Assembly (NCBI RefSeq): GCF_009914755.1 | Contig: NC_060925.1 | Source: the human T2T-CHM13v2.0 reference genome, Homo sapiens | Direction: 5' to 3' (one strand) | DNA: 64,000 nt | In this document: in pieces, positions 11,223 to 26,796 of the stretch | How positions within the stretch are numbered: the first letter of the stretch is position 1 | How the letters are laid out: the number at the start of each line of letters is the position of its first letter | Translations under genes and position numbers: made by a program | Notes under the pieces: model-generated | The model's input: the letters and a program-made list of their open reading frames with translations, nothing else | Told to the model about the DNA's origin: nothing | The model's database searches: none

Positions 11223-12267
11223 GGCCAAAGTGGCAACCTGGGAATGAAGGCTCCATAAACCATGGCATGTTGGGTTTGCAGGACTGGCCCACACAGTCCC
11301 CTGCAGGTGGCAGCCCTCTTTTCTGTTTCTCGCTGTCAAGAGGGTGTAAGTATTCCACCAGCCCGCTGAGTGTGCACGAAATGTTCGCAGTGCAACAAAA
11401 AGAAAAATCCATCAGGAACTCTCCGTCCCCCCGGGGCCCTCCGGAGGGAGAGAGAGAGGAACTGCTGTTTATCTCACTCAGTTACTTGGTATCACCGCCT
11501 CTCACCTTCTCCATCGTGCATGTCCCCAGCCACATGGGAAGTGAAAGCTGAGAAGGGAAGGCAGATGGGAGAAGCCAATGGGAACTTCTCAGTCCTTTTT
11601 TCCTCTTTGGGGAATAAAATAGGAATCCATTAATGATTGCTTTGCTGACTGAGAATGTAGTTGAAATTATTCTTAAACATCTTTTATTATTATTACTCTC
11701 AGTAGTAAAATATCACACTGAATTCTTCCATACACAGGTGTGCTTCTAGTCAGTGTGTAGCAAGGAAAGCCCCGTTCACTGCTCCTGTGAGAGGTTGGTG
11801 GTGACAGGATGGGGAACCGACCTCTTCAGCCAGTGGAAATGTTCCATAAGGGAGAGTTCAAGGCCTGTCAGAAGGCTCTGGTAGGCCTTCCTCTGGCCAG
11901 GAGACTCCAGCAGGGAATGCCCTTCACTCTGTAGGTGCTCGAGCCCCAATCGAGGATACAGTGTGGGTGGTGGTGCTGGGCTGGACTAGCAGGTAGACTG
12001 CTGTAGGATTTCAAATTACGTTTTTGATTCCTGTACATTTTACAGTCGCACAGCAAGCAGTCTCACAGAAGGCAGGCTAGTCCATTCACAGCCTGACACG
12101 TTCTAATAGGTAGAAGCTTTCAGTGTGGTTATTTTTTCTTTGGTTGGTTTTTGTGCCCCCATTCTACTTCCCACCCTCCTGCCCCATCTCCATCCCTTCT
12201 TTTACCCAATGCTGTATGCTAGTAATTGTTTTTATTCCTAATGTGTGCAACATCACATCTCCCCAAG

Positions 12268-12492
12268 AAGCAACAGCATGGGGTCCAGCAGTTGGGGCCC
12301 AAAAGACAGTCTGAAGAGGAAGGAAGCAGCAGTATCTGCGTAGCCCACAGAGGGCCCAGGCCCCTGCCCAGCTGCAGTCTCCCAGCCTCCACTTTCAGAG
12401 TGAAATTCAAGGCAGCACGGACATGTGCCCATCAGGCACAGAAGAAAACACGACGTCGTCCATTTTGGAAGAGACGAAAGAAAGGAAAATAA
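12268..12492 (+). CDS. SMG7: SMG7 alternative C-terminal coding segment (KQQHGVQQLG...WKRRKKGK*) via distal acceptor inside the 3'UTR
   Basis: ccccaag acceptor at 12266-12267, phase 0 with exon 10336-10481; ORF 12226..12492; matches the alternative C-terminus I recall for an SMG7 isoform. Confidence 0.8.
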   Translation, partial: KQQHGVQQLGPKRQSEEEGSSSICVAHRGPRPLPSCSLPASTFRVKFKAARTCAHQAQKKTRRRPFWKRRKKGK

Positions 12493-13458
12493 ACTCTTTG
12501 TATGATATTTATTAGGAGGAAAGAGGACTGAAAATGTTCTTGTGTAGAAACAGAAGGACAGCATTTCTGTTAGTCATTTCCTGGAAAAGTAATATTTTAA
12601 GGGGAAATTATGGAAACAATCTAATTGTTCAATTGCTGTGCTAGTGGTAGGGTTTATTTTCTGGGAGGTCTCTCCTTTGTGTGTCTGTATGTTTGTGTAC
12701 ACACACGTGCCCATCTGCTGTCCCAGAGGGGAGGGGTTGTGTGTGCGAGTGTATGGAGTTAGTGTGGAACTTAAGAGCTGGAAGACAGCTGTAGAGCAAA
12801 GCACATCCAGGAGCCCCAGTTGTCACTGCAGTCTGGGCAACCCCAGCAATGAAAAGGGGTGAGATAACGCTCATTGCTCTTCAGAGAGAGTGGTTGGAGC
12901 CCCCCCCGCCCCGTATGCTTACATTATTGCTCTTTTAGTTTGACATGGTGTTTGGGTTTTGTTTTTTTGAAAGGTCTGAAAAGGTGAAGCCCCCTACCCA
13001 ATGGCAATATGAAACCTTTTGTGCTTCTCTTCAGCCCCTTCCCTGTGTCCACCTTTCTCTCCTCTTCCCAAGCCTTTTTCCTACTACCTTTACCCAGTTT
13101 GTGTGTTTGAGCTCTGCATTCAGGCAGCTGCAACATTCCAGTGTTTGAACTGTCACTGATTCTTGCGCCCTAGACAAGCTAACCAGGTTTACCATCTCAC
13201 TCCCAGTAATACCCAGCTCCTATCTAAAGCCCCATTCTGCATGAGAATTTGGTGTTTGGAATGTTTTCTGACTCTTGGGGCGGGATTCCTCGCCTTATCA
13301 TCCTCACTGTGGAGTAATGAGGGGGAGGAGAATCTTTATCAGAAACTGGTTTTGTGTAGTAAACTTTCTTTTGTGGTTTTTTGTTTTGTTTTCTGGGTTT
13401 TGTTTTTTGTTTTTGTCTGTGCAAGACCTGCAGCTGCTGAAAATCAGCTTTGCCTTTA

Positions 13459-13464
13459 ATTAAA
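13459..13464 (+). terminator. SMG7: SMG7 poly(A) signal ATTAAA (additional AATAAA at 11613, 12488, 13738)
   Basis: ATTAAA preceded by U-rich upstream tract and followed by tgtgt/U-rich downstream element. Confidence 0.7.
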
Positions 13465-14295
13465 CCATGTTCTCTCCAACCAGATCTGTGTATCGATTCT
13501 TTCTTTTCTATCCTAAAAGATATAAAAGAAGTATTGAAGAAAATCCAACTTAAAAGGCAAGAATTTCAACTACTCACAGGTCATCCAGGGAAAGGCATAA
13601 ATGGTCAGAACTTGAATATTTTTCAGGGTTAATTTTGCTTTTAGTAGCATTCCAAACCAATGAATTACAGAAATTATAATTAATTGTAATGGAAAGGCAT
13701 GAGTAGTAAGAAATCGATTATCAAAATTCTTTTATTTAATAAAAGAATGCCTTATGTTAAGGAATTAAGAGCCCATCATTTTTATTTTTATTCCTATTGT
13801 AGCTGTTACTGAGGCAGTTCAGAGAGTTTATCCTTTTGGCCTGTAAAAATTCACTGAATCTGATTAGCAGCAACATTAATTAATTCTTCTTCTTAGCTTT
13901 GGGGTTTCTTTTCTTTGAGTTGTGTCCAAAGTTTCCAGTGATTGGTAGCTTGCTGGGTCTTCCAACTGTGTGCTGGAAGCCAGTGGTATAGCTAACCTTA
14001 ATGCCTGTGTGCTCACCCTGACCGGCTATCCTTTCACCTGCATGTTGATTCAGTCTGCAGTTCACTTCCTTATTCTGCTTTTCACAGGCGCCTGCACACT
14101 TGAAAAATTGTTAGCAAAGCTCCACATACGCTACAACAAGAAGTGGGTAGGGAGAGGAACTAAGGCCAGGCCTTAAGGTCTAATAGTTTAGTTAGTTACA
14201 GAATCCTTCACCCAAGTTAATCCTGAAAAATTGGACAATTGGGTTAGCCAAATCCATAGCATTCTGTTATGTATATTAGTATAGCATAGTATATG

Positions 14296-14618
14296 CAGTC
14301 ATTTACCATATAACAATGTTTTGGTCAACAATGGACTGCATATACAATGATGCTCCCATAAGATTATAATACATTTTTGCTGACCTTCTCTATGTTTGTT
14401 TACACTGATGATACTTACTTACCATTGTGGTATAGTTGCCTGCAGAATTCAACATAGTAACATGCTGTACAGGTTTGTAGCCTAGGAGTAGTAGGCTATA
14501 CCTGGTAACCTAGCTGTGTAGTAGGCTATACCATCTAGTCTTGTGTAAGTGCACTCTAGATGAGTTTGCACAACACGTTTCTCAGATCATGTCTCCATTG
14601 TGAAGCAGTGCATAACTG
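14296..14618. mobile_element. Tigger3a/MER7-like DNA transposon between the SMG7 and NCF2 3' ends
   Basis: CAGTCAT...ATAACTG terminal inverted repeats; internal aggtttgtagcctaggagtagtaggctata. Confidence 0.8.
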
Positions 14619-14873
14619 TATTACGAAGTGTCAGCTAACAAGATACTACTTACGAACTAGCTTCATGAACACCGCTGCTTTTCATCACTTAAATGTTGGC
14701 GATTGATATATATTCAGTATTGAGTTCTTAACACATGTTCCTCTCTGAGAATGTACAAAGGTATGTAATTCTATTAATTCTCTGTGGAATTGAGTGTTGT
14801 AGTCCATGAGAACCTAACTCAGTCTAGGTTCTGTTTAAGCAACAAGACATAATGAAAAAAGAAAACAAACAAG

Positions 14874-14879
14874 TTTATT
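14874..14879 (-). terminator. NCF2: NCF2 poly(A) signal AATAAA
   Basis: tttatt on + strand ~530 nt beyond the NCF2 stop codon. Confidence 0.8.
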
Positions 14880-15015
14880 TGTATATGCCTTATGAGTAAC
14901 CTATAAGGTTACTTCAAGCCTTAAGAGCCAATTACAGTAATGGTTCAGAAACAGGAATATTTGTACTTACTCCTTGGGCCTGGACTTGGGTGTCTTGTTT
15001 TTGTAAGATGATAGG

Positions 15016-15250
15016 TTTTTTTTTATTGTGGTATGACACAGAAAAGTGCACCAAATGTACAGCTTGATGAATGTTTACAGTGTGAACACAGCTGGCTAGC
15101 TAGCACTCAGAGCAAGAAACAGGATCAGTACCTGGAAGACTCTCTCGTGCCCTTTCCAGACACTTCCATCCACTTTTCCTCTCCCCTAACTCCTCCATTC
15201 ACCTGTCCCCATCTCCTCACCCACTGTGCCCCAGGAAATCATCCTGGGTA
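15016..15250 (-). mobile_element. Old L1M 3' end fragment inside the NCF2 3'UTR
   Basis: T-run then aagtgcaccaaatgtacagcttgatgaat, typical of L1MB/MC 3' ends. Confidence 0.65.
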
Positions 15251-15408
15251 CTCACATCATTGTCTAGTAGGTTAAATTTTAACAGGGAATAAATAGTTAA
15301 CACTTCCAAACTGTAATGTCTCAGTACAGTATACAGCAGAAGGGTGCTAAATCTTACAAACAAGTAATAGGGCTTCATTTTCTTCAGCTTTGTAGTTTGT
15401 GAAACATC

Positions 15409-15570
<162 letters not shown>

Positions 15571-15844
15571 TTACCCTGTCTGGCTATTCCACACAGAATT
15601 TGTTATCGGTCACCCTTCCCCACCCCTAATTGTGATCAACAGGGAAAAGACAGTATTGCAAAGTGGTTTGAGAGTGAACACAGGGTTTAACCATCTTATT
15701 GATCTGTCTTAAACATGATAATGAGCAAAATGAAGAAGGATAAATTATGTTTTTCAAAAAGTTACCAGATAGAGAAGAAGGGTCAAAGAAATTGAACAAC
15801 GAATCCTTAAATAGAATTTCTGTCCTTTCCCCACCCCCAACCTT

Positions 15845-16174
<330 letters not shown>

Positions 16175-16559
16175 TGACTACAGAAAAGGGACATGCCATT
16201 GGTTAAATATATTAAAAATGAAAGTTCTTTAGTAAACTTTCTTCTTTTCACTGAACTCCATTAAACAGGTGAGCTGGAGCTAGTGATGGGTTAGTACATG
16301 TTTGTTAAATATAAATATTTTAATAGCTCCTACTCAGAGCCTTTAATAGAGTGCAGGCATTGTACTTAAAAAATATATTCAGACTTCATAATAACTTGTA
16401 GGTATCCATATTTTACTAAGGAAAAGGAGACCCAGAGAGATGAATAGTTTGTTCAGAGCCATTCTGCCAGTAAAAATCAGACAACTTAGGTATAATCTCC
16501 AAAGCCCACCTACCTGACCACACAGCCAGTTCAGAAGTTTGTCTTTGTACATCTAGATC

Positions 16560-16815
16560 AGACATTAAGGCACTGGTGCCTGGATCCTGCCCCCAGAAAT
16601 TTTGCTTTAATGTGTGGTGTGACTGGGCAGCAGTTTTTTCAAAAGTTCCCTTAGGTAATTCTAACTGCAAATCACTGTCTTGATTCTTCTTACAGGGTAG
16701 GTCGTGGACTGGAAGCATATTAGAAATGAAAAATCCCAGATCCAAACCAGAGTCAGAATCCATTTAGGAAGATTCGCAGGTGATTCACATGCACATTAAA
16801 GTTTGAGAAACACTT
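16560..16815. mobile_element. MER5-family (hAT-Charlie) fragments
   Basis: caggtgattcacatgcacattaaagtttgagaaacact terminal motif. Confidence 0.65.
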
Positions 16816-17079
16816 TGTAGATGAGACCATCTCATAACTTGAATGCAATTGAACTCCCCTCTGTCCTACCCTGACCGCTAAATTCTGTTTTCTGTTGAAG
16901 TGCTACAATATGGGTATTTCCTCAACTTAGACTTGTACAGATAGGTCATAGTAAGACGCATACTGGCTTCTCTCCATATCTACCCAAAAGGTTGTTTTAG
17001 TGTGTTCTTTCATTGTATTCCTGCTCCCTCTCCCAAACTCCAGACAATTGAGCTGGTTGGTTGATTTAGGCACCTTTAA

Positions 17080-18154
<1,075 letters not shown>

Positions 18155-18334
18155 TACCCTCATTAACTTTAAAATTTCCCCCTCTCTTTGTCTGTTGGAT
18201 TTTCTGTTATAATTGATGGTAGTTTTTCACTGCTTTGCATTGGTAGTGCACAGACTCAGCGTATGAGCAGGGCTTTTATGATGGGACTTTTTTGTGTCGA
18301 GGTAGAGAATTAGGCTGGCAAACCACGAGTTGGA

Positions 18335-18602
18335 ATGGTGCTTCTTAAGAGTGTAGGCAGTAGACCAGCATCACCTGGAAACTTGGTAGAAATGCAAGTT
18401 GGTGGGCCCCACCCCAGACCTGAATCAGAATCTCTGGAGGGTGGGCCCAGGAATTGATTTAACAAACTCTTCCAGGGATTCTTAGAACTCTCCACTTTTA
18501 AGAGGTGGGTCTTGCTGTGTTGCCCAGGCAACAGCCTTGAACTCCTGGCCTCAAGTGATCCTCCTACCTCAGCCTCCCTAGTGGCTAGGATTACAGGCAT
18601 GC
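18335..18602. mobile_element. MER5A fragment followed by an Alu monomer
   Basis: cagcatcacctggaaacttggtagaaatgcaa...ccccagacctgaatcagaatctctg; then FLAM-like body. Confidence 0.75.
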
Positions 18603-18867
18603 TGTTTCAATTTTTAGTCTGTTCATTACAAACAGAATCAAGAAAGTCACCAGAGACACAGGATAGTTCTGAATAGCTGGTTTTTAAGGCAAAATTTACC
18701 TACTTTTCTCTTTGAAAAGTACATTAATTCAAAGAACTATGGTTTGCAGAAGGTCATACAGCTTGATGCAAAGGCAAAGTGATTCCAGCCCAATTTGTTA
18801 CCTCTGGGAATGAGAATCCATGGTTTCCAAAGCATACTCCTCTTTAATAATCAAGATGTTTATCGCC

Positions 18868-19173
18868 GGCCAGGTGCGGTGGCTCATGCCTGTAATCTCA
18901 GTACTTTAGGAGGCCGAGGCAGTTGGATCACTTGAGGCCAGGAGTTTGAGACCAGCCTGGTCAACATGGCAAAACCCCATCTCTACTAAATACACAAAAA
19001 TTAGCTAGGCATGGTGGTGGGCGCCTGTAATCCTAGCTACTCAGGAGGCTGAGGCAGGAGAATTGCTTGAACCCAGGAGGGGGAGGTTGCAGTGAGCCGA
19101 GATTGTGCCACTGCACTCCAGCCTGGGCAACAGAGGGGGACTCTGTCTCAAAAACAAAAACAAAAACAAAACA
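18868..19173 (+). mobile_element. Alu (AluS-like)
   Basis: ggccaggtgcggtggctca... with (A5C)n tail. Confidence 0.95.
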
Positions 19174-19386
19174 ACTCAGCTTCTTGTTGCTTTCCTGGCT
19201 ACTAGAGCAATAGACAGGGAAAGTCTGAGTGCTCAACTTTGCTCCCTCCAGCTAGATGCTAGGAAGGGGGTTGAAAACACTGGCTAAAGTTTTGTTTGTA
19301 GATTATTGATATTTTCTTCTCTCTGCCCTTGACCTTGTTTCTGCTAACATGTAAATTTGTTTCTATAGTCTTGGAGTAGCACTTAC

Positions 19387-19564
19387 CCTTTGATAACACC
19401 AGGATTATATCCCCTTCCTGAAACTCCAGGTCCTCTGGTTGGGTAGCCTCATAACTGAAGAGTGCCTCCACTTGGCTGCCTTTCTTAAGCTGAGGTTCTG
19501 TTGTCTGGTTATTAGCATCAGCTTTTTCACTTTCCTTGGGTTCATCTGGAAAGCCTTGGTCACC
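19387..19564 (-). CDS. NCF2: NCF2 coding exon 14 ([10 protein letters not shown]...[28 protein letters not shown])
   Basis: ORF 19259..19597; ttatttcag acceptor, G|gtaagt donor; SH3 ALFSY motif. Confidence 0.97.
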
Positions 19565-19742
19565 CTGAAATAATAAAGGGCCTGTTAATTTTCCCAATTT
19601 CCTGCCAAGTGAACACTGAACATCACTAAAGGAAACAGCGAAATGTCAAAGTAGAACCTGGGATATAAACTCATAAAGTTTGTGATCAGTGCCTTGTGTA
19701 GAGCTTATATGCTCTTTATGAATACTGGATGGTTGGGTAAAT

Positions 19743-20054
19743 CAGTCCCCAACCTTTTTGGCACGAGGGACCAGTTTCATGGAAGACAGTTTTTAGATGA
19801 ATGGTGGTGGGTGGTGGGTTGGGGGGTGGTTTCAGGATAAAATTGTTCCACCTCAGATCGTCAGGCATTAGATTCTCATAAAGAGCATGCGACCTAGATC
19901 CCTTGCATGCACAGTTCACAATAGGGTTCACACTCCTATGAGAATCTAATGCTGCTGCTGATCTGACAGGAGGCAGAGCTCAGGCCAGTATACCTGCAGC
20001 TCACCTGCTGTGCAGCCCTGTGCTGGCCCGTGGCCTGGAGGTTGGGGACCCCTG
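19743..20054. mobile_element. MER1B (hAT-Charlie)
   Basis: gtccccaacc ... ggttggggacccctg TIRs; gcattagattctcataa...tatgagaatctaatgc internal inverted repeat. Confidence 0.85.
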
Positions 20055-20908
20055 GGATAAATGAAACCAAAAGGTCTGCAAAATCATATACAGTCTTAAA
20101 ATATCTTACTGAAACCTTACAATAATCTTGAGACAGGTAGAATGGGCATTATTATTTCTTTACAGATGGGGACAGAGCCCTAAGTCAAAACTGGCTTTCT
20201 TAGCATCAACTCTAACAGCAACACTAGGGACCTTGTTAGAAATGCAGACTTTCAACTCCATCCCAAAACTACTAAATCAGAAACTCCCTGAAGGTGAATC
20301 CTGCAATCTGTATTTTAAGTCCTCTAGGGAATTCTGATACTTGCTAAAGTTCAAAAACCACTGCACAATGCCATACTTGTTTTATCTGTAACAACATTTC
20401 TTATACATCTTAGACTTATGATCTTAGACTTCTTCCACATTATTGTCACTTTTGCTTCACAAATGAAGGAGAAGGATGCGGTTTCTACAGATGTGAATCA
20501 TAGAATTTAACAAATCAACATTAGAAATGCTGCTAGGCTTGTATGTACCGAGCATTATAAGTTCTAGCTTCTTAATGTTGTTTGTTGAACGTTGGTATAT
20601 TTTTATTGAGAGGCAATACAATGAGGTGGAAATGGCCCTAGAGAGTCCACAGAGAAAGGTTTGTATCCCACCTCCACTGCTTACCAGCTCTGTGTCCCTA
20701 AGCAAGCAGTGTAACTTCTCAGAACCTCAGTTACCTCACCTGAAATTGAGGCTAGAAGAATTCAATGAGATGACATACAATAATAGTAGTTGACATTTAT
20801 TGAACACTTACTCTGTGGCAGTACTCTTCTAAATATGTATAAATATTTAGACTTGGTTAATGGTAAGTGTTCCTGCATAGAGTAGATGCTTAATAAATGT
20901 TAGTTCAT

Positions 20909-21349
<441 letters not shown>

Positions 21350-21853
21350 TAGTAAGTGAAAGCCTGCTTTGTTGCCTCCAAAAGTAATGGATAGTGATAA
21401 AGAACATTCAACAGTGACTCCTGAGCCTGGATTAAATTGCAAAAGATTGTGGGGAGTTGTAAGAGGGTTGGCTATGTGCAGCCACCAAATAGATTGAAGC
21501 TGCTGTCAAAGGAAAAAATTTTAATTAAAAAAAAGTTTAAGTGAAGTAGTTCACATTTAGAGCAGAACTCCTTCTAGGAAGAATCTTTTAAAAAAGATGC
21601 TGAAGGGGTTAGTCCAAAGACAGACAGCTGGAAAACCTAGAGTGACTTTTCAGACTTCCAAGAGACCCCTTACACTCACACTCACTCTTACCCCCAGGAT
21701 CCTGGGGCCTTTTGTCTCAGCCAGAGACACCAGGGAGTCTCATCCCCAGTGGCTGTATTTCCTGAAGGCAATTTTCTGAACGGGGAAGATACCTTAAACA
21801 GCTTTATACACTGCCCTTTTCTAGGCTCATTCTCTTTCACTCTTCTTCTCCCA

Positions 21854-22126
21854 GCTCATGTCTGTAATCCCAGCACTTTGGGAGGCCGAGGCAGGTGGAT
21901 CACAAGGTCAGGAGTTCAAAACCAGCCTGGCCAAGATGGTGAAACCCCGTCTCTACTAAAAATACAAAAATTAGCTGGGTGCAGTGGCAGGTGCCTGTAA
22001 TCCCAGCTACTCAGGAGGCTGAGGCAGGAGAATTTCTTGAACCTGGGCGGCAGAGGTTTCAGTGAGCCAAGATCACACCCAGCTTGGGCGACAGAGTGAG
22101 ACTCCATCTCAAAAAAAAAAAAAAAA
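21854..22126 (+). mobile_element. Alu
   Basis: 5'-truncated Alu with A16 tail. Confidence 0.93.
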
Positions 22127-22460
22127 GGTGAAGAATGGCTATGAGCTGAGCCTTAAGCTATGATATGACTTCATTCCAACCTTGCTTGACAGTAATGGAT
22201 GGGATGTTTGACACAGTCAGGCAGGGAGCTGATGGAGGGGCAGGAGGCTTTCTGTGAGCTCCTGCCCTGCTGGGCCTGCTGTTCTCTTGTGGGAAACTCT
22301 CTCCCTGCTGCAAATGGGGTGAGGATGCAGGTAAAAGGGAGGCAGAGCTGTGACTTATTACACACCATATCCCCAACACCACATATAGTGCCTAGTACAC
22401 AGAAGGTGCTTGATAAATTTCAAATTGTTGAGGAAGTGGCTCAGTGGAAATGTAACTTTA

Positions 22461-22622
<162 letters not shown>

Positions 22623-22719
22623 TCAAAGAACATCATCACAAAAACCATCCTCCTCTTCCCTCCTCCAGGCCAGCACAAGGTTCCCACTGTACCCCTCACA
22701 GCTGCCTGCATGGAGCTCA

Positions 22720-23037
<318 letters not shown>

Positions 23038-23291
23038 TTAGCCCAACCCTTGCTTGGACAGGAATTCCTACTGAGTAAGATCTGGCCCACTAGCTTGGGT
23101 AGTAGGAAGTGTGTGCATGATAGTGGAGGAGGCTATTAAGAAGGTCCCTAGCTCATGGACTCTGTAAGGTAGCAACTGGTTCGACCCTCCCTTTGGGGCT
23201 CTTCCTATAATCCAGACAGACATGTCTGTGGTTGATAGCCCAAGCTATCCCATCTTCTACCACTTGAAACAGTATGAGGGAAAAATGTTAC

Positions 23292-23317
23292 CTTAGGCTC
23301 TTCTTTTTGTTTCTGGC
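23292..23317 (-). CDS. NCF2: NCF2 coding exon 11, 26-nt microexon (GQKQKEEPK)
   Basis: cattcag acceptor, AAG|gtaaca donor; required to keep frame. Confidence 0.92.
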
Positions 23318-24019
23318 CTGAATGGAAAAAGTAGGGAGTAAAACAAAAGAAGATGGTGAATGAACATCCTTGGCCAGCCCCTGCCACACACAGATGAAAC
23401 CTCTTCAAATAGGGCCCCCAACCTCTTACCCTTTAATTTGTGGGGCAATTATTAACCTTAGTAAACTGTGGGGAAAATCTCGCCCTGGGGAAGCATGAAG
23501 GTCATGAACACATGAACAAACTCAGTCTCTGCTTCTAGGGAGCCTATAGGTAATTACCAAAGGACCAGCATATCCTCACCAACCCACAAGGTTAGCAGGG
23601 ATCCCAAAGGTCAATTAAGCCCACGGGATCCAAAGCAATGAAAATCGGAGTGCAAGGTGAGCCAGAGGCCACAGGAAGAAGTATTAGAACCACTGATCCT
23701 CACCTTATTCTTTATTTTTGTGTATGTTTCCTAAAGTTTATTAATTTAATCTAATCTATTAATCAAGCAATCTAATATTAATCTAATTTATGTAAGAGTA
23801 GCATGCATAAAGATATTTACTATAGGGGGTACATGATCAGAGAAGGCCACTGATCTCAAACCTAGCTGATCATTAGAATCACATGGGAAGTTTTTTTCTA
23901 AAATACAAATTCCCGAGCCCCATTCCAGTCCTAAAATATCAGAGCCAGTAGCCTAGGACTCTGTATTCACAAAATCATCCTAGGTTTATATGTGATCCTT
24001 GATGAGCCTCTAGACAAAA

Positions 24020-24360
24020 GATAACAACAAAAAACCTGTCAAGGACATTGAGCAGGAGCAACGGGAGAAATTTGAATATGGAATATACATTATATAATAC
24101 TATCATATGAATGTTTAGTGTCCTAGATACCATGATTCTATTGTGATTATGCAGGAGACTGCGTTTTTGCAGCTGTGTAGGGTGAAGTGTCACGAGTCTG
24201 TAACTTTTCAACTGGCTCGGGGGAGAAAAATAGAATGGAGCAGGGCGAGTTCATGGTGCAAAATGTTAACAATTGGTGAGTTTAAGTGAAAGATATTCTG
24301 ATGTTTATTGTATTCTACTGTCAGCTTTTCTGTAGGTTGGACATTTTTCAAAATAAAAAT
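24020..24360 (+). mobile_element. L1ME 3' end
   Basis: caaaatgttaacaattggtga...cttttctgtaggttggacatttttcaaaataaaaa. Confidence 0.7.
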
Positions 24361-24931
24361 GGGGGAAGGGACATCCCGAGTGATTCTGATGATCAGGCGC
24401 GTGTGGCAATCATTGATCTAGAATCTGGCCAACCACTCACTCTGCGTCTCTACCAAGCGCTTATCCAGAATCTGCTTCAAGTGCACTTCCCAAGACAGCC
24501 CTCTCCACACTAGGAAACAGCCTTTCAGAGAGAACATTTCCATTTCACATCTGCCCATTGGTTCTTTGTTCATCCTCAGGGCTCCACAGAGCAATTTCTT
24601 TTCCAGATACAGTGCCTCAGACATTTGAAAACAGCCACTCCATGCCCCTCAGAGATAAGCAGGTATAGTTACTTCAACTTTTCTTCCTGAGACATGGTTT
24701 CCCTACCTAATGATCAAGGGGTTTGGTGACTACGTGAGTCACTCAGGAACCAGCTGCATTCACCCAAGCCCCGTGAGTGTTCTGCAGAAGGCAGGGAGAG
24801 AGGGCACTGATTTCATGTTTGGGGTGGGTGGTGCAGGAAAGGGGGATTCTGGGGCTGCGTGGTCATTAGCTGAGTGACATGTTGGGAGAAGAAGAAACCA
24901 GAATTTCCTGGAAGGCAGGGAGAGGAACTCA

Positions 24932-25102
<171 letters not shown>

Positions 25103-25692
25103 TCAAAGTTCCCAGGCAGGGGTGGATGTGGGGAAACACCCCTACAGAGACCCCATGTAAAGGAGCCACATGCAGATAACGTCCTAAAAGTTGGAATGGT
25201 AGTGACATTTGGGGAAGACGAAGGAAATGTTGGCCAAAAGAGGAGGTGGAGTTGGCCTGATGAAAATGAAAATCACAGTAGAAAGAAGAATCCTAACCCG
25301 CTAAAACGCCCTTGCCGCTTTAGCAACTCTTTCAGCCATATTGGAAATCCACTGGCCGTGGGGCAGGACTGAGCTCTTGTCTCCACTGCAGAGGGCATTG
25401 AGAAAGGAAAAATTCCACTTCTCATTTGCAAGGCATTTGAAGCTTTTCAAAGCATTTGGATATGGTGACTGACCAGGGAGGGCTGAGCTCATATACAACT
25501 GGTTGCACAGTCTAGAGACAGACAGTCTCCACTGCCATTGAGTCACTTACAGGGATGCTCAGATCTGACAAAGACAGCTCTCTAGGCCTGGCAGAAGGAC
25601 AGACTTTTGAAGTGTGAGGGAGGGAGTAGCAGCAGTTTAGAAGCAGTGGCTGGCAAGGCCCACTCTGATTCAAAGCTCTAAGGCAGATCTCA

Positions 25693-25830
25693 TTTTATTA
25701 TTTTTATTTGTATAGAGGTGGCATCTCTCTATTTTGCCCAGGCTGGTCTCGAACTCCTGAGTTCAAGTGATCCTCTCACCTCAGCCTTCCAAAGTGCTAG
25801 GATTACAGCCATGAGCAACTGCAGCTGGCC
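25693..25830 (-). mobile_element. Alu monomer (FLAM)
   Basis: monomer body, TSD ctcatttt. Confidence 0.85.
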
Positions 25831-26200
25831 TCATTTTCTTTCTAATGGCATTGTACCAGCCAACACATTGACTACTCTTCCACGTGAAGCAGACACACTT
25901 GGGAAGACCTAACCCACTCATATACTGTAGGCTTTGCTTCCCAAGTGACTTCTGACCAGGAAGAGTCACAGAGGTGGGTGGGCCCAATGGGACCTACAGA
26001 TGCCTCCAACTTAGCACATCTGGGCTTTTTTCCCCTCATTCCCAGGTTCAGCTCTGGGTAGCTGGTGCCATCTCAAGGCGGGCTCAAGACTAGTGAATCT
26101 TTCTCCAGGGGTCCTGACAACACCTCTTTTACACTGCTTTTCTCCCCTCCAGGGAGAGATCCCTAAAGGGTGAGAGGAAATGGGTCAGGCCTTGGCATCA

Positions 26201-26296
<96 letters not shown>

Positions 26297-26328
26297 TCAG
26301 AAAGGAAAAAATAAAGATGTGCTCATCA

Positions 26329-26796
<468 letters not shown>

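Larger units (their letters stand above)
11223..13485 (+). other. SMG7: SMG7 long 3'UTR
   Basis: Repeat-free sequence after the stop, with U/GU-rich tracts, ending shortly after ATTAAA; end position approximate. Confidence 0.8.

Noticed and set aside
19803-19830. G-rich G4-like tract
   Set aside because: Lies in the variable G-rich part of MER1B and is C-rich on the NCF2 RNA strand
24726-24742. GTGACT-ACGTG-AGTCAC mini-palindrome containing an AP-1 site
   Set aside because: Too short to distinguish from chance without chromatin data
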